From: Chloroflexota bacterium
GTDB lineage: Bacteria > Chloroflexota > Dehalococcoidia > Lucifugimonadales > JADFKI01
Reading direction: 5' to 3'
Length of the DNA: 64,000 bases
Assembly: GCA_009840355.1 (NCBI GenBank)
Contig: VXNZ01000050.1
Span: 33,099-97,098 of the forward strand
The notes below the pieces were generated by a model that saw only the letters and a program-made list of their open reading frames with translations, was not told where the DNA came from and did not search any database. The translations under genes were made by a program, and so were the position numbers. Shown one piece after another: positions 1 through 9,571 of this stretch; the first letter of the stretch is position 1; each line of letters begins with the position of its first letter.

Positions 1-597
1 GGCGTTTCTGCCATCCTGACAGCAGCCGGCGAATCACGGCGGATGGGGCGTCCCAAGCCGCTGCTGGCTTGGCGCGGCACGACTCTCGTAGAGCACCAGA
101 TTAGCGCGCTGTTCGATGGCGGCGCAGCAGAAGTTGTGGTCGTAGTGGGGCATGAGGCGGACGCCGTTGCAGCGCAGGTTGCACACACCGGCGCGCGCTG
201 CGTGCCGAACCCGGATTATCTTCAAGGCAAGACGACATCCATCAAGTCGGGCTTGAGCGCCATCAGCGCGGACGCCGACGCCATAATGCTGCTCGCCGTT
301 GACCAGCCGCGCACTGCGTCCATCGTGTCTGCCGTAGTGCGGGCGCACATAGCCGGCGACGCGTTGATAACCTCGCCGCGCTACGAAGGCCACGGCGGCC
401 ATCCCCTGATATTCGCGGCGTCATTGCGAGGCGAACTCTCGCGCATCACCGAAGAGCGACAAGGCATCCGCGAAGTATTCCAAGCACACCGCAACAGCGT
501 GCAAGAATACGCCCTCGACGACCCAATGATTCGCCTGGACCTGAACACGCCGGAAGCGTATGAGGCTGCGTTGCGGCGGTACGGGGGCGGAGTCTAA
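1..597 (+). CDS. MobA-like NTP transferase (molybdenum cofactor nucleotidyltransferase family), 5' end cut by window edge
   Basis: Frame 1 is open from nt 1 (GVSAILTAAGESRRMGRPKPLL...). This is the LAAGxSxRMGxxK-type nucleotide-binding N-terminus of MobA/MocA enzymes. An AVDQP motif lies further on. The track ORF 43..597 is the same frame. Confidence 0.7.
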   Translation, partial: GVSAILTAAGESRRMGRPKPLLAWRGTTLVEHQISALFDGGAAEVVVVVGHEADAVAAQVAHTGARCVPNPDYLQGKTTSIKSGLSAISADADAIMLLAVDQPRTASIVSAVVRAHIAGDALITSPRYEGHGGHPLIFAASLRGELSRITEERQGIREVFQAHRNSVQEYALDDPMIRLDLNTPEAYEAALRRYGGGV

Positions 598-638
598 CAG
601 GGATGTACAAGATGGGGAGGATAAGGGAAGGGAGAACT

Positions 639-839
639 ATGAAACTCCATGTTGATAAGGAAGCCGACGCCTTGCATCTACGCCTTGACGATTCCAAGAT
701 AGTCGAATCCGAAGAAGTCGCGCCGGGCATTGTGCTCGACTACAACGAATTCGACGAAGTAGTGGGCGTGGAGATGCTGTATCTTTCGCGGCGTTCCTCC
801 GAACTGAACCTGTCCGCTTTGGAATTCGAGACGGTGTGA
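639..839 (+). CDS. DUF2283-family small protein
   Basis: MKLHVDKEADALHLRLDDSKIVESEEV...VVGVEMLYLS matches the DUF2283 pattern as I remember it. The start is moved to the ATG at 639 because 601-632 is a dispersed intergenic repeat and a GGGAAGGGAG purine tract precedes 639. Confidence 0.6.
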   Translation: MKLHVDKEADALHLRLDDSKIVESEEVAPGIVLDYNEFDEVVGVEMLYLSRRSSELNLSALEFETV

Positions 840-855
840 GCGCGTGCGCTCTGTG

Positions 856-2013
856 CTAATAGTTGTTAATAGAAAAAGTGAGTCCAGCAGAACTGTTCAC
901 TTCAAATTCAACGAGCCGCAGCCTTTCGCAAGTGCTGCCTGAATTGTGGTCGTTGAATCTTTGAATTTCTTGTCGTACAGCGTATGAAAGTGGACTCTGC
1001 GAATTCAGGGTAATGAGCGTTGGGGATATGATACTTGGAAGATTAGGAATGTAATATTGTTGAACCCAATCAACGTACCTCTGAACTTGCCTAACATGTG
1101 CTGGCTGAATCCGCACGCTCTTTAGCTCGACGGGCGATACATACCTAATCCCGTCTCTGATGAACGCAAACATCACATCAATCTTCTGCATTCCGACTCC
1201 ACAAGACACCTCATTCCCCAGCCATTCAATTGTAGATTCGCCAATCAGCATCTTGCTGAGAGCATCAGAATCTCTCCCAAGCCCACCTACGATTTCCGCT
1301 TGTAGGTGGGCTTCAAACGACCTTCCGTCAAGATACTTTAACGCTAGTCTCGGGAACAGATTGATCGATTCTTTTCGCCCGGAATATTCTGTAGGAATGA
1401 GATCGCTACAGAATATCCGTTGAGTGTTTATATCGAAGTCAAGAGATTGATCATCACAGTCCAAGACAAATCCTTCGTTCTTCCTGTCCAGTAGGTCATA
1501 CAGCCTATCTTGCTCATACTCAGTGATCATTGTGCAGCCACGATTACCCTTGAGTTTCCGGTAGATCAGACTCCATATCATTTGGTTTGGCTTGGATATT
1601 CCTTTGATTTCATCAAGAGCTTCCCATTCGGTCACGCCTTCCGGATAAACTCTGTCAGGCTCAAATATAGTGCGGAAGGTAAGGGACTTACCAAGAGAAT
1701 TCTTTAAGAACTGACTGCCATCATTGTTGTCAATAAAAGAGTAGTCTTCAGCGGCGCGGAAAATCCCGTAAAACTTGCCTTCTGGTATTCTTGGCGCTCT
1801 CTGTTGCAAATAGAATATAATGCTATCGCCTCGGCGAATCCGACCAATATCTGCCATCATGCCCGCCAGCATGTTTTCTGGCGTGTGATGCAAGGACGAA
1901 TTTACTGAGTTGTTGAAATCAATTTGATGCTCCCGCGCTCCCGTGCCTGCGAATTTGTATCTCAAGTGTACAGGGAAAGTCTTGGTGTCAACGACGAAAA
2001 CATGCGCCGTCAT
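856..2013 (-). CDS. Putative type II restriction endonuclease (partner of the adjacent methyltransferase)
   Basis: 385-aa ORF whose ATG overlaps the methylase stop by 1 nt (TAATG on the minus strand). The C-terminal KIDVMFAFIRDGIRYVSPVELKS fits a PD-(D/E)xK core (D-x8/16-E-x-K). It is AT-rich like the methylase. I recognised no family by eye. Confidence 0.45.
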   Translation of the reverse strand: MTAHVFVVDTKTFPVHLRYKFAGTGAREHQIDFNNSVNSSLHHTPENMLAGMMADIGRIRRGDSIIFYLQQRAPRIPEGKFYGIFRAAEDYSFIDNNDGSQFLKNSLGKSLTFRTIFEPDRVYPEGVTEWEALDEIKGISKPNQMIWSLIYRKLKGNRGCTMITEYEQDRLYDLLDRKNEGFVLDCDDQSLDFDINTQRIFCSDLIPTEYSGRKESINLFPRLALKYLDGRSFEAHLQAEIVGGLGRDSDALSKMLIGESTIEWLGNEVSCGVGMQKIDVMFAFIRDGIRYVSPVELKSVRIQPAHVRQVQRYVDWVQQYYIPNLPSIISPTLITLNSQSPLSYAVRQEIQRFNDHNSGSTCERLRLVEFEVNSSAGLTFSINNY

Positions 2014-2966
2014 TATTTCACCTTCTTGAAGAGCAGAATGTATTCATGTCGGAAGACGTAGAATCCGCCCGCCAAAGCGCGGTAGCGCCATAGGTTTTCC
2101 AAGTTGCGTTTCGCGCGGTTGTTTACCATGTTCTTCACGATGATGCTCTTCAATGACAGGTTGTTCCCGCGCATGAGCGTTTCACTCATTAAGTGAAATC
2201 CCAAGGGAATGAGTTCGCTGTTGACATACTTATCCCCAATAACGATTGCTAGATAATGCTTGGGTTCAAGCATTTCGCTAAACCCTTCGACGATATCGCC
2301 AAATTTGGTGACAAAGTCATTCACCGTTGGGGCATTGGACAGGTCCCTTTGGTCATCGCTGAAGGGTATTATGTCGTGGTAGGGTGGATGCATGATTACC
2401 AATTGCGCTTGCGTTCTGCCCATGCTTTCTAGAGATACAAGTACGCTATTTTGTACATCTACGCAACTGCTGTCGCCAACGATTATTTCTGTATGCACTT
2501 CTTCGTTTATGCCTTGAAGTTGTACATATCGTTCGGAATGTTCTGCCATTTCGGGCAGCAACTCCACACCAATGCAATTCCTCCCCAATCTCTGTGCCTC
2601 AAGCATTGTTGTGCCGCTGCCTAAGAACGGATCAATGACAATATCACCTGGGCGAGTGTAGCGTCGCATCAATTGATACGGAATCTGCGGAACAAAGTTA
2701 CCGTGATACCCGGCATTGTGAACGCCTGACCTGTCTCTGTCTCCAATCAGCCACAAACTATCCGTGAGAATCTCCTCAAATTCTCTCCACTCCGACAAAG
2801 GCAAATCACTTATTCCACTTGACGCCGTTCTTCCCGAAGAACTTTTCTTAGGTTCATCATTGCGCCTAATGCTTGATGCCTGCTCAAGCATCGGGTGGGT
2901 CATGTTGTTAATTTCGTCGTTCACGAAGGAAACTCCATCGTTTACTATTGCTTCTACTTCGCACAA
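2013..2966 (-). CDS. N6-adenine/N4-cytosine DNA methyltransferase
   Basis: DPFLGSGTT (AdoMet motif I, residues ~112-120) is followed ~73 aa later by HPPY (motif IV, residues ~193-196). YHGNFVPQIP precedes motif I. Confidence 0.8.
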   Translation of the reverse strand: MCEVEAIVNDGVSFVNDEINNMTHPMLEQASSIRRNDEPKKSSSGRTASSGISDLPLSEWREFEEILTDSLWLIGDRDRSGVHNAGYHGNFVPQIPYQLMRRYTRPGDIVIDPFLGSGTTMLEAQRLGRNCIGVELLPEMAEHSERYVQLQGINEEVHTEIIVGDSSCVDVQNSVLVSLESMGRTQAQLVIMHPPYHDIIPFSDDQRDLSNAPTVNDFVTKFGDIVEGFSEMLEPKHYLAIVIGDKYVNSELIPLGFHLMSETLMRGNNLSLKSIIVKNMVNNRAKRNLENLWRYRALAGGFYVFRHEYILLFKKVK

Positions 2967-3097
2967 GAATACACATCCTATCCTATGAGTTCAATGAGGT
3001 TGCACTTCAAGAATTGTTATGTTCTTGATTATTATCTGTACGCGCAAGGATGGAAATGCAATAGTGGTGAAAAACAAATCGGGTGCGCCGCCTGAAT

Positions 3098-5002
3098 CTA
3101 CGACAACTCGCTCCAGTCTTCCCACGCCTGCTCTAACCGCGCTTGCGTTGCATTGTACTGCTTGCCGAGCCGCGTGATTTCGGCGATGTTCTGGCGCTCA
3201 GTGGCTGATTCGAGGGCGGCGTTAATATCGACTAGCTGCGCCTCCAGATTGCTTATCTGCTCCTCGTAGTCTCTGATGACTGCCTGTTTCGCGCGCTTCT
3301 GCGCTGCCGATGTGCGCCGCTGTCTGTCCGCATTTCTGCTGCGCGGTTTGGGCATTGGCGCTTGCCGTGACACAGTGTTGCGGATTGGCTGCTGGGCGTC
3401 TTGGCGTTGGCGTATCCATTCCTCAAAGTTGCCCCTGAACAGCGTGGCTTCGCCGTCTTCGACTATCCAGAGCTGGGACGCGAGCTGCGAAATCAGGCGG
3501 CGGTCGTGCGACACGAACAGCAGCGTGCCGCCGTAGTTGTCGAGCAGGCTTTCGAGCGCCTCACGGCTTGGGATGTCGAGGTGCGTTGTCGGCTCGTCGA
3601 GGACGAGTAGGTTCGGCTCGGTGATGAGCAGGCGAGCGAGCGCGAGACGGCTGCGCTCGCCACCGCTCAGGGCTGACGTGGACTTGAACACGTCGTCGCC
3701 CCGGAACAGGAAGCGCGCAAGATAGTTTCGCGCCTCCGGGATGCGAAGGTTGCGGGCGTCTATCAGCGCGTTCAGGACGGTGGAATGCTGCGGAAGGTCG
3801 GTGCTGCCCTGCGAATAGTAGCCCGGCTCCACATTGTATCCGAGGCTCGCGCTGCCCGCGATGGGCGGCGTCCCGCCGAGTATCGTGCGCAGCAGCGTGG
3901 TCTTTCCGATGCCGTTGCTGCCCACGATGGCGGTGCGCGAGCCGCGTTCCAGCTGCGTGTCGGCTACGGTCAGCAACGGCACACCCTGCCCGTCTTGCTG
4001 GTATCCGACCGACAGCTTGCTGGTGCGGATGGCGATTTGCCCGGTGCGGAATGCGCTAAGGCTGCCGAGATGCACCTCTTCGTTCGTGTGCGGCTTTTCG
4101 ATGCGCTCCAAGCGGTCGAGGCGGGTTTGGCGCCCACGCGCCTCACGCGCTCGCTGGCCTGCCTTGTACCTGCGGATGAAGGCTTCTTCGCGCGCGATGT
4201 ACTCCTGCTGCCGCTCGTATTCTATGAGCTGGCGCCGCCGCTGCTCTTCCTTGAGCTCGCGGTACTTCGAGAAGTTGCCGGGATATGATCGCAGCTTGCC
4301 ATTGTCGAGTTCCAGGATGCGGTCCGCCACCTTGTCGAGAAAGTAGCGGTCGTGCGAGACGACCATGAAGCCGCCGGTGAAACTCGCGAGAAAATCTTCG
4401 AGCCAGTCCAAGCCGCGAAAGTCTAGGTAATTTGTCGGCTCGTCTAATATGAGGAAATCCGGCTCGGACAGCAGCGCTCTTGCGAGTGCCGCGCGTGTGC
4501 GCTCGCCGCCGCTTGCATCCGCCGCGAGAGTTGCCAGCGTCTCTTCGGGCAGCCCCACGCCGTCTAGCACGCGCTCCATGCGATGTTCGTAGTCGTAGCC
4601 GCCCAGCGCCTCGAACTCCCGCAGCAGGGCATCGTAGCGGCGCTCCGCGTCTCGTCGTGCGCTGCCGTCCGCGACCTGAATATCCAGCGCGCTCGATGCG
4701 AGTTCGTCTTCGACGCGGCGCAGTCGCGCGAAGGCTTGCATTACTTCGTCGCGGACGGTGCCGGATGCGGCTTGCGCCGGCGTCTGCGGCACATAGCCGA
4801 TGCGCGCGCCGCGCTGCCAAGTGTAATTGCCGCCGTTCGCCTCAATCTCGCCCGCAAGAATGCGGATGAGCGAAGTTTTGCCCGCGCCGTTCGGACCGAC
4901 GATGCCGATGCGATCGCGTTCTTCGATCTGAAGGTCGAGGTTGGCGAAAATCTCGATTTCGCCGTAGAGCAGGGCTAGGTTTGTAGCGGTGAGGAAGGGC
5001 AT
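3098..5002 (-). CDS. ABC-F family ATPase (two ABC cassettes, no membrane domain)
   Basis: Walker A GPNGAGKTS and GSNGIGKTT. Signatures LSGGERTR and LSGGERSR. Walker B ILDEPTN and VLDEPTTHLD. Charged inter-domain linker and C-terminal coiled-coil tail. Confidence 0.9.
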   Translation of the reverse strand: MPFLTATNLALLYGEIEIFANLDLQIEERDRIGIVGPNGAGKTSLIRILAGEIEANGGNYTWQRGARIGYVPQTPAQAASGTVRDEVMQAFARLRRVEDELASSALDIQVADGSARRDAERRYDALLREFEALGGYDYEHRMERVLDGVGLPEETLATLAADASGGERTRAALARALLSEPDFLILDEPTNYLDFRGLDWLEDFLASFTGGFMVVSHDRYFLDKVADRILELDNGKLRSYPGNFSKYRELKEEQRRRQLIEYERQQEYIAREEAFIRRYKAGQRAREARGRQTRLDRLERIEKPHTNEEVHLGSLSAFRTGQIAIRTSKLSVGYQQDGQGVPLLTVADTQLERGSRTAIVGSNGIGKTTLLRTILGGTPPIAGSASLGYNVEPGYYSQGSTDLPQHSTVLNALIDARNLRIPEARNYLARFLFRGDDVFKSTSALSGGERSRLALARLLITEPNLLVLDEPTTHLDIPSREALESLLDNYGGTLLFVSHDRRLISQLASQLWIVEDGEATLFRGNFEEWIRQRQDAQQPIRNTVSRQAPMPKPRSRNADRQRRTSAAQKRAKQAVIRDYEEQISNLEAQLVDINAALESATERQNIAEITRLGKQYNATQARLEQAWEDWSELS

Positions 5003-5081
5003 GGTAGGGAGAGTTTGGCTGATGGTGTGATGTGCTTATTATACGGCAAATGATTGCGATAGCGCAGGAGTATGTGGATAT

Positions 5082-5960
5082 ATGGCTGACGAACAGGGGC
5101 CTATTGTCGTTTCAGTGATAAACATGAAGGGTAGTGTTGGGAAGACGACCGTTGCGGCGATGCTGGCACGGGTTTCTGCATTAGTCTTTAAGCAGGACGT
5201 CCTAGCAATTGATTTAGACCCACAAGCTAACCTGTCCCAATCGCTTATGGGAGAATACGGCTATAAACGCTTTTTGGAAAATAAATCGCCCTCAATTGTT
5301 GAGATATTCAAGGGTTACCAACCTCCCACACCGCTTAATCCCTCTTCAAGTCCATTGGACATTGACAATGTTGTTCATGAAGTTACATCTAATCTTCATG
5401 TGATCCCTTCAAGATTCGATTTTTCGGACAACTTGATAAGCTCAATCGGAACTGATCCAAGAGTTCTCGCACGACTTATCGCTAATAGTTTCCAGAGCAA
5501 GGACTTAATTCTTATAGATTGTGCTCCTACCGAATCGATCCTTACGCAGACGGCTTACCATGCATCAGGTTACATACTTGTGCCCGTCAAACCGGAGTTC
5601 TTTGCTACCATTGGTTTTCCTCTACTCAATGATTCCCTTAACGCTTTCAAAAGTTCAAACCCAGGACATCAGATTGCTGTTATCGGTATCGTAATCAACA
5701 ACTCCTTTTATGACGGTGGAAACGATGTAGGACCGGAAAAAGAAAGGTCTATGAAAGAAATTTCTGAAGAAGCGTCTGAAAACTCTTGGCATATTTTTAG
5801 GAATCAACTTGTACATTCCCGTGGATTTCCTAAAATAATGCGGGGAGATTTCAGATATACTGGAAATGCGCTCAAGTCATTTCAGCCTTTCGCAGGTGAG
5901 TTCTTATTAAGACTGGTGGAATCAGGTTGGATTCCGGCGGAGATTAACAAAAATGACTAA
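5082..5960 (+). CDS. ParA/MinD-superfamily ATPase (orphan)
   Basis: Deviant Walker A VINMKGSVGKTT, DLDPQANLS, and LILIDCAP (Walker B-like). AT-rich relative to the flanks. Confidence 0.75.
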   Translation: MADEQGPIVVSVINMKGSVGKTTVAAMLARVSALVFKQDVLAIDLDPQANLSQSLMGEYGYKRFLENKSPSIVEIFKGYQPPTPLNPSSSPLDIDNVVHEVTSNLHVIPSRFDFSDNLISSIGTDPRVLARLIANSFQSKDLILIDCAPTESILTQTAYHASGYILVPVKPEFFATIGFPLLNDSLNAFKSSNPGHQIAVIGIVINNSFYDGGNDVGPEKERSMKEISEEASENSWHIFRNQLVHSRGFPKIMRGDFRYTGNALKSFQPFAGEFLLRLVESGWIPAEINKND

Positions 5961-6453
5961 CCCAAAACTTGAAAGTGCATTGCGGCCAATAGTCCGTGAG
6001 TATGGTCTCGGGAACGTCCTTCAGTCTTTAGGGAAGATTGCAGTTACTGATGACCATAATGGGAAGTTGACAAACGGTTATTCGGCAAGGAGCCCAAGAA
6101 TAAAGAAGTCAAAGCCCAACGCCGCCGAATACGCCGACAAGATGGAGTTGCGGCCGGATAAGCAGGATGCGATAACGGCGCTTGCGGAGCGGTTCGAGCG
6201 CAAGGACTTCCTACCCACATTCGGCGATATTCGGAACTTCTGTGACATTTACGGCATCGATGTGCCAGCGTCCAAGACACGCGCAAGCGCCATACCGAGG
6301 GTGTTCAAGTTCTTGGCGAATGAGATGGAAGCGGACGAAGTTCAGCGCATACTGGACTACGATCTGTTCTCAGGACCGTCGCGGCTCGGTCCTATCGCGG
6401 ATGCGATACGGCGCAATGGCAGGGCGAGTCGCGCATCAAGACTTGCCAAGTAA
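5953..6453 (+). CDS. Hypothetical protein, translationally coupled to the ParA-like gene
   Basis: Its start overlaps the ParA-like stop by 8 nt. 166 aa with a basic N-terminal half. No family recognised. Confidence 0.4.
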   Translation: MTNPKLESALRPIVREYGLGNVLQSLGKIAVTDDHNGKLTNGYSARSPRIKKSKPNAAEYADKMELRPDKQDAITALAERFERKDFLPTFGDIRNFCDIYGIDVPASKTRASAIPRVFKFLANEMEADEVQRILDYDLFSGPSRLGPIADAIRRNGRASRASRLAK

Positions 6454-6567
6454 CTCGCCGAGGCGTCGGTTTTTCTCAAGGCTTGCCTTGAAGTGTGCCA
6501 TGGTGTCAGGACGCACGTTTGTCTTGCTTACCTTCTGATTGTTTTTTCGCTCTTTCATTACTTTATT

Positions 6568-7989
6568 CTACACCCCCGCCATCCCCCGCGCCTCTTCCAG
6601 CAGCATTGCCACATCATCCGGCGATTCTGCCTCCGCGTATATCCGCAGCAATGGTTCGGTGCCGGAGAAGCGGATTAGCGCCCAGTAGCCGCCCTCCAAC
6701 AGGTAACGGAAGCCGTCTTGTGTGTCCACTTGCTCTACCGGCAAGCCCGCTATTGTCGATGGCGCGGCGGCTTGCAGTCGTGCCATTATGGTGGCGCGCA
6801 GGCTCTCGTCGAAGTGCAGGTCGAGGCGGTCGTAGTGGTGGGGGCCTACTTTGTCTTCCAGCTCGCCGAGTAGATCGGCGATGCCCATGTCGGTCTTGAC
6901 CATGAGGTCCAACAACATTAAGCCGCTCAGGATGCCGTCGCGCTCCGGCACATTGCCTTGGAACGCGTAACCGCCGCTTTCTTCGCCTGCTATGAGGGCG
7001 TCATGAGCCATCATGACGGGGCCCAGGTACTTGAAGCCGACGGGGGTTTCGTGGACGGGGACATCGTAGATTGCGCCGAGCTTGTCTATCATGCCGGTCA
7101 TGGTGATGGAGCGGACTAGCGGCCCGCGCCTGCCGAGCGTGTCGAGCTGGTGCATGCACAGCAGCGCGAAAGTTTGCAGGGTGGTGAGGAAGTTGCCGTC
7201 GTCGTCCACGACGCCTAGACGGTCCGCGTCGCCGTCCGTGGCTAGACCGATGTCGGCGGTTCTGTCTTCCACCTCGTCGATGAGTGGCGCGAGGTTGTGC
7301 GCGAGCGGCTCCGGCTGCGCCATTCCGGGGAATGCCGGGTTCGGCTCGCCGCGAATCTCAATGACGCGGGTCGAGCCGCCGGACAGCAAATCAGCGAGGT
7401 ATCCCGCGCCCGCGCCGTGCATGGAGTCCACGATGATGTCCAAGCCCGCGTTGCGTATCGCCGCTAGGTCAACGAACGATGCGACATGATTGAGATAATC
7501 GGGCTGCGGGTCGAACAGTTCGAGCAGCCCGTTGGCTTGCGCCTGCTGAATGGGCATTCGCTGCGAGCCGCCGGAAGATTCCGCCGCCGCGATGCGCGAT
7601 TCCAGCTCAGCGACGATTTCCGGAGATGCGCTGCCGCCGTAGTCGGGCTTGTACTTGAAACCGTTGTAGGCGGCGGGATTGTGGCTCGCCGTAATGACCG
7701 CGCCGGCGCCGGCGTCCTTCGCCACGAGGTTGTACGCGACGACAGGAGTCGGCGCCGCCCTGTCGCATAGCAGTGTGGGGATGCCATTACCGGCAGTCAC
7801 TTCTGCGACCGCGGCGGCGAATTCGGCGGACGCAAAGCGCGTGTCGTAACCCACGACGAAGCCGCGATACGCTAGGCTGTGGTACTTCATCAGGTCGGCG
7901 GCGCCCTGCGCGCACAAGCGCACATTGTCGAAGGTGAAGTCCTCAGCGATGATGGCTCGCCAGCCGTCCGTTCCAAATTTGATAGGCAT
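6568..7989 (-). CDS. Phosphoglucomutase/phosphomannomutase family protein
   Basis: Phosphoserine loop TASHNPAAYNGFK, metal-binding DGDADRLGV, and sugar-binding GEESGG. Confidence 0.9.
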   Translation of the reverse strand: MPIKFGTDGWRAIIAEDFTFDNVRLCAQGAADLMKYHSLAYRGFVVGYDTRFASAEFAAAVAEVTAGNGIPTLLCDRAAPTPVVAYNLVAKDAGAGAVITASHNPAAYNGFKYKPDYGGSASPEIVAELESRIAAAESSGGSQRMPIQQAQANGLLELFDPQPDYLNHVASFVDLAAIRNAGLDIIVDSMHGAGAGYLADLLSGGSTRVIEIRGEPNPAFPGMAQPEPLAHNLAPLIDEVEDRTADIGLATDGDADRLGVVDDDGNFLTTLQTFALLCMHQLDTLGRRGPLVRSITMTGMIDKLGAIYDVPVHETPVGFKYLGPVMMAHDALIAGEESGGYAFQGNVPERDGILSGLMLLDLMVKTDMGIADLLGELEDKVGPHHYDRLDLHFDESLRATIMARLQAAAPSTIAGLPVEQVDTQDGFRYLLEGGYWALIRFSGTEPLLRIYAEAESPDDVAMLLEEARGMAGV

Positions 7990-8046
7990 GCTAAAGGCTC
8001 TTTGTCAGTCTATCCTATCTATCGTGTCCATCCTGTATATCCGTAA

Positions 8047-8184
8047 GATGATTTCACGAATCCCTAATGTTGTCATTCCGAACGCAGTGAGGAATCCAAA
8101 ATCGTTGTATGCGAACCTGTTTCCAACGCTAGATTTCTCGCTTCGCTCGAAATGACAGGGGTAAATTGCATTTGTGAGATCGTC
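8047..8184. repeat. Nested inverted-repeat (MITE-like) element, copy 1
   Basis: Outer arms GATGATTTCACGAATCC / GACGATCTCACAAATGC (reverse complement). Inner arms GTCATTCCGAACGCAGTGAGGAATC and AGATTTCTCGCTTCGCTCGAAATGAC are near reverse complements of each other. The same family occurs at 9572-9808 and 59019-59108. Confidence 0.7.
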
Positions 8185-8200
8185 TTATCCATGTAAAGAT

Positions 8201-9412
8201 TTACAGCCCTGCCGCTTTGCGGAGTTTGTCTGCCTTGTCCGTGCGCTCCCAGGGCAGCTCCAAGTCGTCGCGGCCGAAGTGCCCATAGGTCGAGGTCTGC
8301 TTATACAGCGGGCGGCGCAACTGCAGGTCGCGGATGATGCCGCCGGGCGTCAGGTCGAAGTTCGCCGCTACTAGCGCTTCTATCTTGTCATCCGCTATCT
8401 TGCCGCTGCCGAATGTTTCGATGGAAATGGATGTTGGCTCGCGCTTGCCGATGGCGTATGACACGATGACTTCCATCCTGTCCGCGAGACCGGCTGCGAC
8501 CACATTCTTGGCGACATAGCGCGCCGCATACGCTGCGGAGCGGTCAACCTTCGTCGGGTCTTTGCCGGAGAACGCGCCGCCGCCATGCCGCGCGAAACCG
8601 CCGTATGTGTCCACCAGAATCTTGCGTCCTGTCAAGCCCGTGTCGCCGACGGGACCGCCGGTTACGAACCGCCCGGATGGGTTAATCCAATACTGTGTGT
8701 CGTCGTCGAGCAGCTCGGCGGGGATGATTGCCTTGGCAGCATGCTCTATGAGGTCGCGCGATATTGTCTCCTGGCTCACATCTTCGCTGTGCTGCGTGCT
8801 CATCACGACCGTATGGATGCGCTTTGGAACGCCATAAGCGTACTCGACCGTAACCTGCGACTTGCCATCGGGACGCAGATACGGCAGTGTGCCATCCTTG
8901 CGCAGCTGCGCCATTCGCTGGCAGAGCTTATGTGACAGGGAAATGGGCAGCGGCATCAATTCGGGCGTCTCGTTGCAGGCGAAGCCGACCATCATGCCCT
9001 GGTCGCCCGCGCCGACAGCCTCTAGGTCGTCGTAGTCGCCCGCCTCGCCGCGCAGTTCGATAGCGGTGTCAACGCCGTGCTGGATGTCCGGCGACTGCTC
9101 GTGCACCGATATGGCGACGCCGCAGGACTGGTAGTCGAAGCCGTAAGTGGAATCGATATATCCGGCGTCTCGGATGGTGTCGCGGACGATGGTGGCAATG
9201 TCCACATAGGTCTCGGTGGTGATTTCCCCCATGACGACGACCAAGCCGGTGGTGGTGCAGACCTCGCAGGCAACGCGCGCCTTCGGGTCGTCCGCGATAA
9301 TCGCGTCTAGCACCGCGTCCGAAATTTGGTCGCAGAGTTTATCAGGGTGCCCCTCCGTAACCGATTCGGAAGTGAACAGGTACGAAGGGGAGTCGGTAAA
9401 GGTATGGCTCAA
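8201..9412 (-). CDS. metK: S-adenosylmethionine synthetase
   Basis: [30 protein letters not shown] and [19 protein letters not shown] start at 9412-9410 preceded by CAGGAG. Confidence 0.95.
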   Translation of the reverse strand: MSHTFTDSPSYLFTSESVTEGHPDKLCDQISDAVLDAIIADDPKARVACEVCTTTGLVVVMGEITTETYVDIATIVRDTIRDAGYIDSTYGFDYQSCGVAISVHEQSPDIQHGVDTAIELRGEAGDYDDLEAVGAGDQGMMVGFACNETPELMPLPISLSHKLCQRMAQLRKDGTLPYLRPDGKSQVTVEYAYGVPKRIHTVVMSTQHSEDVSQETISRDLIEHAAKAIIPAELLDDDTQYWINPSGRFVTGGPVGDTGLTGRKILVDTYGGFARHGGGAFSGKDPTKVDRSAAYAARYVAKNVVAAGLADRMEVIVSYAIGKREPTSISIETFGSGKIADDKIEALVAANFDLTPGGIIRDLQLRRPLYKQTSTYGHFGRDDLELPWERTDKADKLRKAAGL

Positions 9413-9571
9413 TTTATTCTTCTCCTGGGACAGTTGTTGAAAAGTAAGGGTGCTGCGGGACTGGCTGCTCCGTTAGGGATGGCGCAATTATGGCATAATC
9501 GGCGCTCTTCGCCGCCATCCTAGTCCTAGCCTAGCCCCATCGATTCATCTCAAGCCTTGCTCTTTATCTGA

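Noticed and set aside
9440-9500. GGGACTGGC-containing stretch upstream of metK that at first looked like the SAM-I core (GAGGGACUGGCCC).
   Set aside because: It is on the plus strand while metK is on the minus strand. The flanking S-box blocks (CUUAUCAAGAG, GGUGCUAAUUCC, AGAUGAGAG) are absent. The genuine SAM-I aptamer is at 13353-13469.
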